From Alloascoidea hylecoeti (taxonomy: Eukaryota), in assembly GCA_001600815.1 (NCBI GenBank), contig BCKZ01000001.1, positions 1 through 64,000 of the forward strand: a stretch of DNA of 64,000 bases, in the 5' to 3' direction. This document shows positions 24,445 to 39,058 of this stretch, one piece after another. The notes beneath the pieces were generated by a model. It did not search any database. It was not told where the DNA came from and worked only from the letters and a program-made list of their open reading frames with translations. Made by a program: the position numbers and the translations under genes. Position 1 is the stretch's first letter. Each line of letters starts with the position of its first letter.

Positions 24445-25110
24445 TTAATAACCAGCAGCACCAGGAGCTTCAGCATTTCCTTTTAAGCTAACTAAAATTT
24501 CTTTAAATCTAGTTTTATCTCTAACACCAATCTTTAATGATTTATCATTTGTATCAATTAATTTTAAGGCTCTATCCCATGTTGTACCACCTTGATATAA
24601 ACCATCTCTATTTTCAATAAATTTTGATTCATCATTTCTTGTTTTATCAATAAATTTATCCTTTTTTGAATTGTAATTATCATAAAAATCATCGATTGCC
24701 TTTTTTGCTTTTTCTTGAATATCTTTTTTTTTATTTAAACTAATTTCATCTCTTTTTTGAATTTCTAAATTTCTTCTTTCTTTCCATTCTTTAACTGCTT
24801 CTGATTCAATTTTTGGTTGAGTTGAATTTGAATTAATAAACTCATTTGATGAATTTGTAGTATCTTGGAATTGAGATTGATTTGTAATTGAAACTTGAGG
24901 TTGTTGAGAATCAACAGATGGGAAAGAAGATTCAAATTTATTAAATTCATCATCCTCGTCTTCCGGAACTGCGTTGTCAGCAGAAGTAACAAATTGGTCA
25001 GCATCATCTCCTAATAATGCTCTTTCACGAGATAAAAAATCCGAGTCTCCGCCATCACCAGAACCACTAAAGTCACCTATATCTTCTAAAGCAGGAAATT
25101 TATCAGCCAT
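24445..25110 (-). CDS. CLC1: Clathrin light chain
   Basis: MADKFPALED..DFLSRERALLGDDADQF..ESEAVKEWKERR..IDDFYDNYN..GTTWDR..APGAAGY; ATG at 25110. Confidence 0.95.
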   Translation of the reverse strand: MADKFPALEDIGDFSGSGDGGDSDFLSRERALLGDDADQFVTSADNAVPEDEDDEFNKFESSFPSVDSQQPQVSITNQSQFQDTTNSSNEFINSNSTQPKIESEAVKEWKERRNLEIQKRDEISLNKKKDIQEKAKKAIDDFYDNYNSKKDKFIDKTRNDESKFIENRDGLYQGGTTWDRALKLIDTNDKSLKIGVRDKTRFKEILVSLKGNAEAPGAAGY

Positions 25111-25250
25111 TGTAATATAATTGTTGTTGTTAATGAAGAAGGAAGTTTGAGTTTGTGCCACTATGGTGTTTGGAAGATTACCGGGTAACATTTTAGAATT
25201 AAACCATCTTTCTATCATCTCCACCATCTTTCTCTTCAACAATAAATGAA

Positions 25251-26733
25251 ATGTCGTTTTCAAGAGACATTTTATTAAATAAGTTCTCACTATTAAATGA
25301 TACTGAACAGTCTATTGTTGCAATATCTCAATGGGTACTTTTTCATTGGAGATATGCTGCCGTAACCGCCAAAACATGGTCTGAATATGTTATAACTGGT
25401 ATGATATTCAAACCCCTTCATAATACAATAATAGATTTTACTAAAATATAAATATTACAAATAGCTCCTCAGAATAAAAAATTAGCTTTAGTTTATTTAG
25501 CAAACGAAGTATGTCAACAATCAAAAGCTAAAAAAAAAATTGATTTTATTACAGAATTTGGTGAAGTAATTCCAGAAACTTTAGGATTATTATATTCAAG
25601 TTTATCAAATGACATTAAAGCAAGGGTTAAACGAGTTGTTGATGTTTGGCGAGATAGACAAGTTTTTGGTTCAAATGTTATTGATAAAATATATAAAGCT
25701 TTTGAAGGTAATTATATAAACATGAAACTAAAACACTATGATGATTAGATTGTACGACTAACATTGTTATATTATAGATTCTGATAAGAAAAAACCAGGA
25801 TTAAAAAGTTTTAAAGGATTAGGGAAATCAACGACATCATCAACATCAACAATTCCATCACAACTTATAAAATTAACATCACTATATAATAATGTTTTAA
25901 ATTCCACTTCAAATTCAAATCCATTAGATATTTTTAATAAATCATATTCAGATTTATTTGAAAGTGAACATTTACCTGCTCCATCACAATATTTAAAACA
26001 GCTTAATGGATTAGTTCCATTATTAGAAAAAGGTATAAATGATGTAAATGATGGAATTAAATTAAAAGAATCAATTATAAATGAATTAAAAAATTTATTA
26101 GAAAATATTAACAATGAATTGAAAAATGATAAAGAAATTTTAAAAGATGTTGATTTTAAAAAAAATAATATTAATGATACAATTAAAGAATTAAAAGATA
26201 TTGATTTAGAAGAAGAAAAAATTACAAATGGGATACAAAAAGAAAATTTAGGAGAAGAAACAATGATTAATAAATCAAATATAAATGATAATAATGTAAA
26301 TAATTTAGATTTTCAATATGAAGTTCCATCTGCTATAACACCTGTTGATATAGGAGCAGATGATGATTTTGAAATTCCACATTATGTTGATAGTGATGAT
26401 GATAGTGATTCTAATGGAAAAGAAAATGAAAACGAAAATGAAAATGAAAATGAAAAAGAAAATGAAAATGAAAATGAAAATGAAAAAAGGGACTTTGATC
26501 ATATAGATCGAAATGATGAAAATCAACCTTTTAAGAAATTCAAAACAATTGAAGAAGAAAATAATTTAGAATCAGTGATTAAGCCAATTATTAAATCTAT
26601 TGGAAATATGACATCAACATCAACAACAACAAATGATGATGGTGTTGAAGAACCAATAATTGGGAAAAATAATGGTCTGGAAAGTTTAGATCCAACTGTT
26701 GCTAAATTCTTAGCTGATCTTGTAAAAGAATGA
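25251..26733 (+). CDS. RTT103: CID-domain transcription termination factor Rtt103; introns 25399-25464 and 25708-25777
   Basis: MSFS..LNDTEQSIVAISQWVLFH..W..|APQNKKLALVYLANEVCQQSK..RVVDVWRDRQVF; GTATGA and GTAATT donors; frame runs to TGA at 26733; EN repeat (GAAAAT)n at ~26421-26484. Confidence 0.9.
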
Positions 26734-26913
26734 ATTTATTTAATTTAAATTAAATTAAATAGATATATTTATATATTTAAATTTAATAGATACATTTATA
26801 TATTTAAATTTATGTTCATGTTTTTATCAAAAATTATGTTTGATTTTGTAATTAATTAACTTTTCTTGTTTGTGTTTCCACTTTACATCTTCACTTCTAC
26901 TTGTAATTATAAA

Positions 26914-27659
26914 ATGAAAGTCACCGCGTAAGTTTTTAACCATCTTCGAAACTTCAAAGATATGACTAACAAAATAGTGTTCTTAATGTTTCGGATGCTT
27001 CTTCTACTACTTTAACTACTCTTAATGATCAAATGATGACTGAATTGCCAATTCAATTAAAAAAATGGTCTTTTGATTTCAAATTATTTAAAAGAAAAAT
27101 GAATAATAATTCAATTAATAATTATGAATCAAAATTCTTATATACATTAACTTTAGCACATCATCCTTCAAAACTTTTAACAATGGGAAATTTACAAGAA
27201 TCAGGAGTTGTAATGAATATTGGTAATGATTCAAAACATGCTTTTGATAATATATCAAGTGGTATAAGTGAATCATTTGATACAATAATAATGTCAAAAT
27301 TACAAAATATTTGGATTTTTAGACAATCTTTAAAAAGTGAAAGCGGCACAGGATATGAATTTAAAATAAATAATTGTAAAAGTAATAAAAAAAAAGATAT
27401 TTTAAGGATTAGAATGGCAAATTATTTTTTAAGAGGTACATTTCGTGGATTTTTAATTGAAATTGAATATATTTATGATGATGATAAAGATTTAGATTTA
27501 AGATATGGAATTGAACAAATTCAAACAATGTTAACACGATATAATTTTCCAAGAGGAAGATTATGTTTTGGATCTTTGGTTGAAAATGGTGAAGTTGTTA
27601 AAAAATCATGTCGATTATTTGATCTTATTAGTCAGTATGTAGAAGCTTTGGATGTATAA
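26914..27659 (+). CDS. SRB2: Mediator subunit Med20; intron 26928-26977
   Basis: MKVTA|VLNVSDASSTTLTTLND..WSFDFKLF..FDTIIMSKLQNIWIFRQSLK..G.GYE..LRIRMAN..GTFRGFLIEIEY..DLISQYVEAL; GTAAGT, GACTAAC, TAG. Confidence 0.88.
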
Positions 27660-27720
27660 TTAACAAACCTTCACATTTTTTTAAATTTTCCTTTTTGTTT
27701 GCTATTCATATGAAACTGTA

Positions 27721-30101
27721 ATGTCAGAAAGTGATTCAAGTATAGATTCTGATCAAGAAAATGAAAATCTTTTATTAAATGATCGAGATAATTATAATGA
27801 ACCTTTAAGAGAGGATGAGAAGGTTAGGGACACCGTGGAAGAATCAAACGAACCTTTTGATGATCCTAAAAAGGAAGAAGAACAATTACAACAAGATATT
27901 AAAGATACTATTTTACAATTAGAAAGTTTTTTTGCTCCCATAATATTAACGATACTTTCTGCTTTTGTACGACTCTATAATATTGGGAAAAGTGATGTTG
28001 TTGTGTGGGATGAGGCACAGTAAGTAAACAAAAATCATAATAACATCATATTTATACTAATGATATCTCTAGTTTTGGAAAATTTGGTTCTTATTATTTA
28101 AAACATGAATTTTATTTCGATGTTCATCCTCCATTAGGTAAACTACTAATTGGTTTATCTGGATATCTCGCAGGTTTTGATGGTTCATTTGAATTTGAAA
28201 GTGGTGTTAAATATCCTCATAATGTAAATTTCGTTTATATGAGAATATTTCAATCAATTTTTAGTATATTATGTGTTCCAGTCGCTTATTATACATCAAA
28301 ACAATTAAAATTTTCAATTTTAACAACTTGGTTAATATCAATCATGATATGTTTTGAAACAACTTATATTACTTTAAGTAAATTTATTGTTTTAGATTCA
28401 ATGTTATTATTTTTTACATTTACTACATTTTATTGTATGGTTAGAATTCATAATATTATTCAACAAAATGAAATTTTAAGTTTAAAATGGTGGTTTTGGA
28501 TGTTTTTATCTGGTTTAAATATTGGTTTTGTTTGTAGTATTAAATGGGTTGGATTATTTATAACAATTGTTTTTGGTATACAAACAATTTTAAATTTATG
28601 GAATTTATATTGTGATAAAAAAATTGGAAATTTTAAATATTTATTTCATTTTTGGGTAAGAGTTTTTTTTTTAATTATTATTCCATTTATTGTTTATTAT
28701 ATTTCATTTAAAATTCATTTTGCAGTTTTATATAAATCTGGTACAGGAGATTCAAATACTTCAACATTATTTCAAGCAAATTTACAAAATGGGAGTATTG
28801 TTACTGGTCCAAGAACAGTTGCAATTGGTTCTTTAGTTACTATTAAATCTCAAGGTTTAAGTCCTGGTTTATTACATTCTCATGATCATTTTTATCCAAC
28901 TGGTTCAAATCAACAACAAGTTACAACTTATTCTTACAAAGATGATAATAATATTTGGATTTTTGATTATCCAAGAACAATTGAAACACTTGATATTTAT
29001 GGTGATGAAAAACAACATTTGTATAATGAAAATGATCCAATATTATATTTACAAGATGGTGATTTAATTAGATTAAAACATAATTTTACAAATGTTAGTT
29101 TACATACTCATGATATAAAAGCACCAGTTTCAAGGAAATTATATGAAGTTTCTGGTTATGGTAATGATTCAATTGGTAACTTATATGATAATTGGATAAT
29201 TGAAATAGTTGATCAAGTTTCTCATCCTGATTTAAAATTAAAAGAAAATGAAAATGAATTACATCCATTAACAACATCATTTAGATTAAAAAATCCAAAA
29301 TTAAATTGTTATTTATCAACAACTGGTATAAGTTTACCAAAATGGGGTTTTGATCAAGGTGAAGTTGTTTGTAAAAAATCATGGAATAAAAAAGATAAAT
29401 TAACATGGTGGAATATTGAAGATCATAAAAATTCAAAATTACCTGATCCTCCAAAAAATTGGAAACCACCAAAATCTAAATTTTTTAAAGATTTTATACT
29501 ATTAAATTTAGGTATGATGGCTAGTAATAATGCATTAATTCCTGATCCTGATAAAAGAGATGATTTAGCTTCTGAAGCTTGGGAATGGCCAATTGTTTAT
29601 AAAGGTATTAGAATTATTAGTTGGGATCCAACATCAGTAAAATATTATTTATTAGGAAATCCTGCAATTGAATGGCCAACAACAATTGGAATTTTAACAT
29701 TTATTATTTATAGTATGACATTAATAATACTATGGCAAAGACAAATAATAACGTTGTCAAATGATGATTGGAGTCAATATATAATTGGTGGTATTTTTCC
29801 TTTATTATGTTGGATATTTCATTATTTTCCATTTATATTGATGTCAAGAGTTACTTATGTTCATCATTATATGCCTGCTGTTTATTTTGCTATATTATTA
29901 TTTGGTTATCAAATTGATCAATTAAATAAATATTTGGTTAAAACAACAGGTGGTAAAATAATTTCTCTAATTTTATATATTGGTTGTTTTTATGGAATTA
30001 TTGAAACTTTTAGAATTTTAAGTCCTATTTGTTTTGGAATGATTGGTGATTCTGAAAATTATTCTTATTTAAATTGGTTAAATAGTTGGCAAATTGTTTA
30101 A
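27721..30101 (+). CDS. PMT6: Dolichyl-P-Man:protein O-mannosyltransferase, PMT2 subfamily (most like Pmt6); intron 28020-28072
   Basis: VVWDEAH|FGKFGSYYLKHEFYFDVHPPLGK, MIR domains (LLHSH..QQQVTTY), RVTYVHHYMPA. LYKSGTGDS and GLSPGLLHSH favour Pmt6 over Pmt2; that assignment is less certain than the family call. Confidence 0.85.
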
Positions 30102-30299
30102 ATATATCATAACTTATTTATAAAGCATTGAATGGATTTTATACTGTGAAATATAAACATTGATTGTAAATATTAAGATTTTAGCATAAGGTATAGGGAA
30201 TATAATCCTAAATATATTAACTTCTACTTCAATAAAAACCATAACCAAAATCATAAATACATCTATCTATTTCTTCTAAACAATTATATATACTGTTGC

Positions 30300-33128
30300 T
30301 TAACCAGAACACATTTCACAAGATTCTGGATTATTGATAGAACAAGCAATAACTTTACTACTAAAAATATCAGCTTCAGTTTCTTCTTCTTCAACAACTT
30401 GAATTTCTTTTTTAGCAATAATCACTGGGGCTGGTTTTTCTTCTTTTAATTCTTCTTTCTTTTCATTATCAATTTCTTTAACTTTGACGGCTGAAATATC
30501 TTCAGATAATGATTCAATTGAACTTTCAATCGATGGTGTAGATCTTGGTGATGATTCTGTTGTAGATGTATTTGAAACAGTATTACCTTTTCTTTTAGGA
30601 CCAAGGACAGAATAATCATCATTATCTTCAGGTGATTTAATTGTTCCGGTAATTGGTCTAAAAACAGGTCTTTTCAAATCATTAATATCAATCTTTCTAT
30701 TATCAACAACTTTTAAAGATTCAGGATCAATTGTAAATTGTATAGCAGCAGAAGCAGCTTGAGTTCTTAAATAATACATTCCAGTTTTTAAACCTTTTTT
30801 CCAGCCATAAAAATGCATACTTGTTAATTTCCCCATTGTTGGAGATTTAATATAAATATTAAGAGATTGTGATTGATCAATAAAAGCAGCACGATCAGCA
30901 GCTAAATCAATAATTGTTTTTTGTGATAATTCCCAAACAGTTTTATATAAATCTTTAATTTTTTGTGGTATCAATGGGATATTTGCAATTGATCCATTAT
31001 CACTAATAATTTTACTTTTAATTGAATCATTCCATATACCTAAATCAACTAAATCTTTTAATAACCATGGATTAACAATTTGAAATTCACCTGCTAAAAC
31101 TCTTCTACTATAAATATTTGAAGTATATGGTTCAAAACATTCATTAAATCCAAGAATTTGTGATGTTGATGCTGTTGGCATTGGTGCAACAAGAAGTGAA
31201 TTTCTTAAACCATATTTTGACATTTTTTGTTTCAATAAATCCCAATCCCAAAGTTCAGTTGGTTGAACATTCCATAAATCATATTGTAAAATACCTTGAG
31301 ATGTTGGTGATCCTTCATAAGTTTCATATGGTCCTAATTCTTTTGCTAATTCACATGATGCTTCAACAGCAGCATGATAAATAGTTTCAAATATTTGAAT
31401 GTTTAATAATTTAGCTTCAGGTGAATCAAATGGTAAACGAAGACACATAAAAGCATCAGCTAAACCTTGAACACCTAAAGCAATTGGTCTATGTCTCATA
31501 TTTGAATTTCTTGCTTCAATAACTGGATAATAATTCCTATCAATAATTTTATTTAAATTACGAACAACAACTTTTGTAATATCATGAAGTTTTTGAAAAT
31601 TATAAATTGAAACGTTATCTTCAATATCAATAAATGTTGGTAATGCTAATGATGCTAAATTGCAAACAGCAACTTCATCGGGTGCAGAATATTCAACAAT
31701 TTCACAACATAAATTTGAACTTTTTATTGTACCAAGATTTTTTTGATTACTTTTTTTATTACATGCATCTTTATAAAGCATAAATGGAATACCAGTTTCT
31801 GTTTGTGCTTCCAAAATTGAATACCAAAGTTTTTGAGCTTTAATTGTTTTAACAGCTTTACCTTCTTTTTCATATTTTTCATATAATGCTTCAAATTCAT
31901 CACCATAAACATCTGAAAGACCAGGGACTTCATTTGGGGAAAATAATGACCATTGACCATTTTGTTCAACTCTTCTCATAAATAAATCAGAAATCCATAA
32001 TGCTGCAAATAAATCTCTTGCTCTAATTTCTTCTTTACCATGATTTTTTCTAATATCAATATAATCAAAAACATCAGCATGCCATGGTTCCAAATACATT
32101 GCAAAAGCACCAGGTCTTTTATTACCACCTTGATCAACATATCTTGCAGTATTGTTAAAAACACGTAACATTGGAATAATACCATTAGATGTACCATTTG
32201 TACCTGCAATATAAGAACCAGTACTTCTAATATTATGAATATGAAGACCAATTCCTCCAGCTGATTTTGAAATTAAAGCACAAGTTTTTAAAGTATCATA
32301 AATACCTTCAATTGAATCTTCTTTCATAGCAATAAGAAAACAAGAAGACATTTGTGGTTGAGGAGTACCAGCATTAAATAAAGTGGGAGAAGCATGAGTG
32401 AAATATTTTAATGACATTAAATTATAGGTTTCAATGACTTTTTCAATATCATCACCATGAATACCAACAGCAACTCTCATAATTAAATGTTGTGGTCTTT
32501 CAGCAACTTTACCATCAAGTCTTAAAAGGTATGATCTTTCAAGAGTTTTAAAACCAAAGAAATTATATTGGAAATCACGATCAAAAACAATTGCAGAGTT
32601 AAGTTCATCGGCATGACGTTGAACAACATCATAGGTTTCTTGTGATACCATTGGAGCAGCTTTCCCAGTTCTTGGATTTATATAGTGGTATAATTTACTG
32701 ATAACTTGAGAGAATTGTTTAGTGGTTTGTTTATGGAGATTGGAGACAGCAATTCTAGCAGCTAAGATGGCATAATCAGGATGAATAGTAGTCATATAAG
32801 CAGCAGTTTCGGCAGCCTAGTTGAAAAAGAAAACGTTAGATGGTGTTCTTATCAAAATATCAAAATAGAGGGACAAAAGAACGGGATCTGAAAAAAAAAA
32901 CGCCAGAACAATTTTTCATCATTACCCATAAAACGATTAATAAAAACATACCAAGTTATCCAATTCAATAGTAGTAACACCGTGATAAACACCAGAAATC
33001 ACTCTCTGGGTAATTTGAACGGCGTCGACATGTGCTGGATCTAAGCCATAACAAAGACGCGAAACACGAGCAGTGATTTTATCAAATTGAACACGTTCTT
33101 TACGACCATCTCGTTTATAAACAAACAT
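30300..33128 (-). CDS. RNR1: Ribonucleotide reductase large subunit; intron 32817-32951
   Basis: ATP cone [75 protein letters not shown]-terminal CEMCSG. Confidence 0.98.
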
Positions 33129-33287
33129 ATCAAAAGAAGAGTAGATTAAAATAGATTAAGAAATAAAAGAGATCTGTCAAAAGGATAAAGACAGAAAAGG
33201 TTGTTGGTTATGAAGTTTTAAAGAGTAAGTAAGAAAGAAAGAAAAGGAATTGGGAATTTGCCTTTATATATGTATTTTTTGAATGTG

Positions 33288-33724
33288 ACGCGTCGGACCA
33301 TAAAAAGAACCTTAAAAAAGCTAGAAAATCACGAAAATTATACAAAAAATAAGATAAAATTGAATTTTCAAATCACCTGGACGTGTTGTGCCCGCGTATA
33401 CATGGGCCCGGTCCGAAACATACTGCGGGAAATGACCGATTCTTTTTGGTTTTTCTGTATTTTTTCGTGCGTATTTCGCGTCTGGCTTATAAATCGCGAG
33501 AATAAAAAAATAAATCAACTTTAATCCAACCAATTATAAGTGACAATCACAGATTGATTATTAATAATTTTAAGGATACTCGGAATTATTATTCAGTAGA
33601 AATGTAACAACGGTATTTCATCATAAATATCATTTATCCAGTGTTTCTATTCAAGTTCAAGCTGAAATATTTACAATTTAATATCTTTTCTATCGGGATT
33701 ATTTATATGATATACCATACGCGT
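33288..33724. promoter_or_regulatory. Cluster of MCB/SCB G1-S elements in the RNR1 promoter
   Basis: ACGCGT at 33288 and 33719, CACGAAA at 33330, TTTCGTG at 33463, TTTCGCGT at 33474. Confidence 0.75.
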
Positions 33725-35013
33725 ATACAATTAATTGGATCTCACGAGACGATTTTTTTTTTGAAATAGATCTAATTTAAAAGCTAGGCGTTTCAAGGTT
33801 CATAAATATTTAATCTGAAATAAACGAGCATGTTATTTCTTGTCTCAGTGTACCACAAATATTCACTATACTGGGCAAAATATACTGATTAATCAGTTGA
33901 TTCACAATAACAGTTGATCGTTAAATATAAACAGCAATCGGAAAGTCTAATTTTAATTTAAATATGTAGAATGATAATAATCCAGAAATTATAGCTCATT
34001 ATAACGCGAACTATAACTAATTTATCTGATCGAATTCCGAACCAGGTCGTGAAACCTACAGCGTTTAATTAGCTATAACAGATTTATTTGGTTGTATTAC
34101 GCTGAATACACCTACATCTCGAAATCTACAAGTATCAAAAATGTTGATCTGTTATAATCTGTCAATTGCAATTAATAACGAATATCAATATATATGTTGA
34201 TATCGATCGTATAGTTTCAACCGTCGACGTCCATGGTACATCTTGATCTGAAAAAAAACAATACGGTTTATCATTAATATAATTATCATGACTAAAGATT
34301 GAGAATTCGAATCGATTAGATTGAACAATTTGGATTTAATTTGATCTGATTATTTCAATTGGATGCCTTAATAATGTATAATTTCTACAAATCATACAAT
34401 GTGCCACAATTGCAAGTTTCTAGAATAAAACTATAGGTAAAGAAGAAGAGAATTAATTAAAATCGTACGGATATCATGATCACTGCGGGCTTGAATTTAT
34501 ATGTTGCCTCTTTCATTACTATTATATTATGAGAGAAAGTCTTGTTTGTTATATCTATAATCGTAAGGTATTTTATGTCTCACCAATTATAATCAATCTA
34601 GCTACATGTATAATATAACCGCTTGTAAACCGGTTGTATCAATTCAATTGCAGAAAAAAATAATGCAATTGATAATGTTAACGGTTAAACCAATATTAGC
34701 TATAAGTTAATTACAGTTTCTTTGGAAAATATTATTTATTAATCAATTAATTTATGGATAGTTCTAGATTTAGCTCTTGTAATTAACATTCATTTACAGC
34801 AGAAAAAGTAAAGCATAAGATCCCAATATTAATATTAAATTGTAAACATTTACCATTGTATTATATATGCTAAGAAAAGAGGGATTTATAAATTGGTCCT
34901 TTATAATTAGGATTAGTATTATAAGCATAATAATTTTAAAACTACCTTCTTATAAAGTGATCTCTATAAATAAAAAATCAAAGTATTAAAAAGCTATAGT
35001 GTATCAGTCTAAA

Positions 35014-36238
35014 TTACTCATCAACAACACCAGCTTGTTCCCAAGAACCTTTCAAATTCTCTTTCCATAATGTGACTTTATTATCACCTCCACTAACTGC
35101 TAAAATATTTCCAGATAATGACCAACTAGCTCTCCAACAAACATCAGGGAATTTTTCATTTCCTTTTAACAATGTTTTTTCCCATTTATCTGAATTAGCT
35201 TCTTTACTCCAAATAATTACCGTACGATCTTGAGAAGCAGATGCGATATATGATTTTGAAAAAACAGATCTTGACCAATCAACATCTCGTACCCAATCTG
35301 TATGTCCTTCTAAAGCAACTTCTTCAACCCATTCATTTGTTTCATTGTTAAGTTTCCATATTTTAACCAAATTATCACAACCACCAGTAACAATTCGTCT
35401 TGGTTCACTAGCGGTATTATTCACTAGTCCATTACCTTGTGTTTGAATAATTGAACCTCCTGTAATTGATGGAGGAGCCCATGCCGCAGCATTAACTCCA
35501 AAAGCATGAGCTGAGAAAACTTTAGAAGAAATACTTCCATCATCTTTGAACTCAGCAATCGAAACTTTTCCATCTGATGAAGCACATAACAATAATGCAC
35601 CATATTCATGAGGAGCCCAACTAACTGAATTAACTGAAGCTTGATGAACAACATGTTCTGCAATGCTTGTCCATCTACCATTATCTTCTCTCCAGATCAA
35701 TACTTTGCCATCGTATGAACAAGATGCCAAAATAACACCAAATTTTGGATGAGCCCAACTTACTTGCCAAACAGGGCCATCATGACTATAAAATTTATAT
35801 TAGGAATAACCCCTCCAAAATAAATATATTGTTGATTACAATTTTTAACGTACCCTCTTAATGTTTCAATAAGTCTGTGATTTTCCCCATCAACCTCGAA
35901 TATTTTGATGGTTTTATCTGAGGAACAAGTAGCTAGTCGTTTTCCATAATAATCTAAATCTGCGTCATGCTATATATACAACATCAGTTAATTTATCTTA
36001 CTTTATAAATCATTGATATATTTGGATTAATCAATACTTACAATTAGACCTTCGTGGACATTTCCAATTGTGACCTAAGATGATGATTGTGTTAGTTAAC
36101 AAAGTATATGAATACGTGCTTTCTCCATTCCGGCACACGTATCAAACACCGGATCTCAAAATAAAAAGTTTTAATCATATGAGATGAAAAGAATCACTTT
36201 TATTTCCAATAAATAATAAATATGGAATCTCATACCAT
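35014..36238 (-). CDS. SEC13: COPII/nuclear pore WD40 protein Sec13; exons 36236-36238 (ATG only), 36042-36074, 35854-35969, 35014-35785
   Basis: [78 protein letters not shown]; donors GTATGA, GTAAGT, GTACGT. Confidence 0.95.
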
Positions 36239-36434
36239 TTTGAATAATTGATGATGTTTTGATGCGTGTTTCGAAAAGACCAGCGAAGTAATAATCTTAG
36301 TAAAAGTTACCCGGATATTGAAGTTGAGAAAACACACACGTTAAAACTACCGATATCATTGCTGATTATCTTTAAATTTATATCTTTTTAAACATTATTT
36401 ATTTAAGCTATGATACAAGAAATTTAATTTTAAA

Positions 36435-39058
36435 TCATATAGGAATAAATGCAAATTGAACATTGAATTGGAAATTTGGTTCGATTGGAGGTTGTAATTG
36501 ATTGTCATTTTCATTATCATTTTGATTTCTATTTCGATTTTGTTCTTCTTGTCTACGACGACGTCGTAATTGCATTTGTACTCGTAGTCTTAAAACGAAA
36601 AAAATAATAAGAATTAAAACAATAAACACAACCATTGTAAAATCATCAACTACAACTTCATCATCATCATCATCATTTGTTTTCTTTTGATATGGAATTT
36701 GAGGTTTTTCACTTTGATTATTTAAATCATTTTGATTTGAATTTGATGAACCAAGTAAATCAGATATTAATTTTCCATAATCATTCCATGTTCTAATTGG
36801 TTTTTTATCTTCTTCATTTAATGATGATCCTATTTTATTACCAATAATTTTATTATAAACTATTTTATAATAAAGTCGAAGTAGAGATAATTTTGTAGGA
36901 AGAGATGAAACATATGCTCTATTTCCAGCTGAATCATAGAATCTTTTTGCAAGATGAAAGTCTTGTTCAACTCCAAGTCCATGCTCATGCATCCATCCCA
37001 TATTCCATTTAGCCATCAAACTCTGACGTTCTTGAGCTTTCATATAATAAGCTGCTGCTTTTTCATAATCTTGTTTAGTTCCAATTCCATAAAAATAAAA
37101 ATCTCCAACCATAACTGCTGAATCGACATTATATCGTGATGATCGAATCAAATAAGTTAAAGCCATCTTTTTTCTTTCTTCTGTTGCATTAGGCTTGGGT
37201 AATAACATCCCACCTCTGGGGTATAAAAGATAAGCGCTTGATGATAAACCTGTTTCATAACCTTGTTCAGCTGCCATTGAGTATCCAATTAATGCCAATT
37301 CTGTAGTTCCAAATATGAATTGATCAAAAGCCCATTCTAAAGAACTAGAAACTGGTTCGACTTTTTCAACAAATTGTTTATAAAGACTAACTAAATAGGT
37401 AGAAGACATTTGACCATCAAACTCATTTTCACTCATTTCTGCTAACATATATAAAGCTTCAGCATTACCAGCTAAAGCTGCTGGTCGTACACTTTCAAGA
37501 GCTTCCTTAACGTTTCCTGTTTGAAATAAAAGTTTTGCTTCATTCTTGAATGCAGCATTTCGTTGTTCTTGAGAAATTTGAGTGAGGTAACTTGTAGATC
37601 TAACTTCAATGTTATGTACCGCAGTTGAGTAAAATTCCAGTGCTTTCGTAGTATTTATTTCAACACCAAGACCATATTCATATATCGTTCCAAGTCCATT
37701 AAGTGCAACTGCATCTAATTTCAAATCTTTATGTTGATTTTCAATACTTAGTTCAAATAATTTTTTAGCTTCAATAAAATTTTGTTCAGTTCCTTCACCT
37801 CTTAAAAATAAAAGACCTCTTAAACTTGCACATCTTGTCGCAGTAAAATAATATAAATCTTCATCAACAATTAAATTATCACTTTTTTTTAATTTTGCTG
37901 TTTTTTCATCCCATAAATTCATACATTTATTTGTATTTGCAAATGAAAGTTTATAATTTCTTTTTTTAATTGGTCCACCAGCATATGATAACATTCCCCT
38001 TTTATAATAAAAATATTCAATTAGATCATCTTGTAAATCAGTTGACATTTCAGTTTGTTCTTCATACATTTCTTGTGCTGGTACAACTGTATTTCTCATT
38101 TCCCCTGCTCCATTGCCCCAAATCCCACCATTTGCATCCGCAATTCTTATAGAATAATATGATAAATGTCTACCTCCTGGTGGTCCACCTATAACATATT
38201 CAAATGCTTTTCTTGCTGCTAAACTATAATAATGTAAAGCTAAAGAACTATCTTCTTCAGTAGCTATTCCTGTTAAATACCTATATCCTACTGCCATTAA
38301 TGCTTTAATATTGCCAGATTCCGCAGCAAGTTGATAATAAAAACTAGCTTTTCTTTGATTTTGTTCAATTTCTCCAAACATACCAGTTGAATACATAAAT
38401 CCAAGCATATAAAGTGCAGTAGAATTATGAGATAATTGTGTTAATCTTTTATAATATTTTAAAGAATTTGAATAATTTGTTGGATAAGTATAATTTCCAT
38501 AAATATTAATTTCTGCTAATAAAAATAAACAATTAAGATTATTTAATTCAGAACCTTTTTCTAATAAATTTTGAGCTTTTAATAAACGATCATCTAATTT
38601 AATTGGTACTGTTTCATATTCTTCATCTTCTTCATCATTTATTATTAAAGAACCTAACTTCAAGAAAGATGATACTTTTTTTATGATTGATTTAATTGGT
38701 ATATTAGGTAAAAAATCTATTAGTCTAATATCATAATCACTACCGATATCTTTAGTATAATTGAATCGGTTATTAGGGAATTGACTTAAAATATCCATAG
38801 CTTGACGGAATAATTGTTCCGATTCCGAGCCATTTGAATATTGAGATATCGGATTCTCAAGGGATTCACTAAAGTCTTCTGAATCTTGATAATTAATTAT
38901 GAATTGATTATCATCAGCCTGTACCGATTTACCAGTATATAATAGTGAAAAGGTTACTATTTTCAAACGTTAGATCTAGGGGTCATAATACATTGACACA
39001 AGTATAATCTATATTTATACATACTTAGTGCAAGGCCATGACAAAATGATAGTCTCAT
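36435..39058 (-). CDS. HRD3: ERAD Sel1-repeat protein Hrd3; intron 38957-39024
   Basis: Spliced signal peptide MRLSFCHGLALI|TFSLLY; Sel1 repeats (ALYMLGFMYSTG, ALNGLGTIYEYGLGV, AKWNMGWMHEHGLGVEQDFHLAKRFYD); C-terminal TM helix; adjacent to SEC13. Confidence 0.9.
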
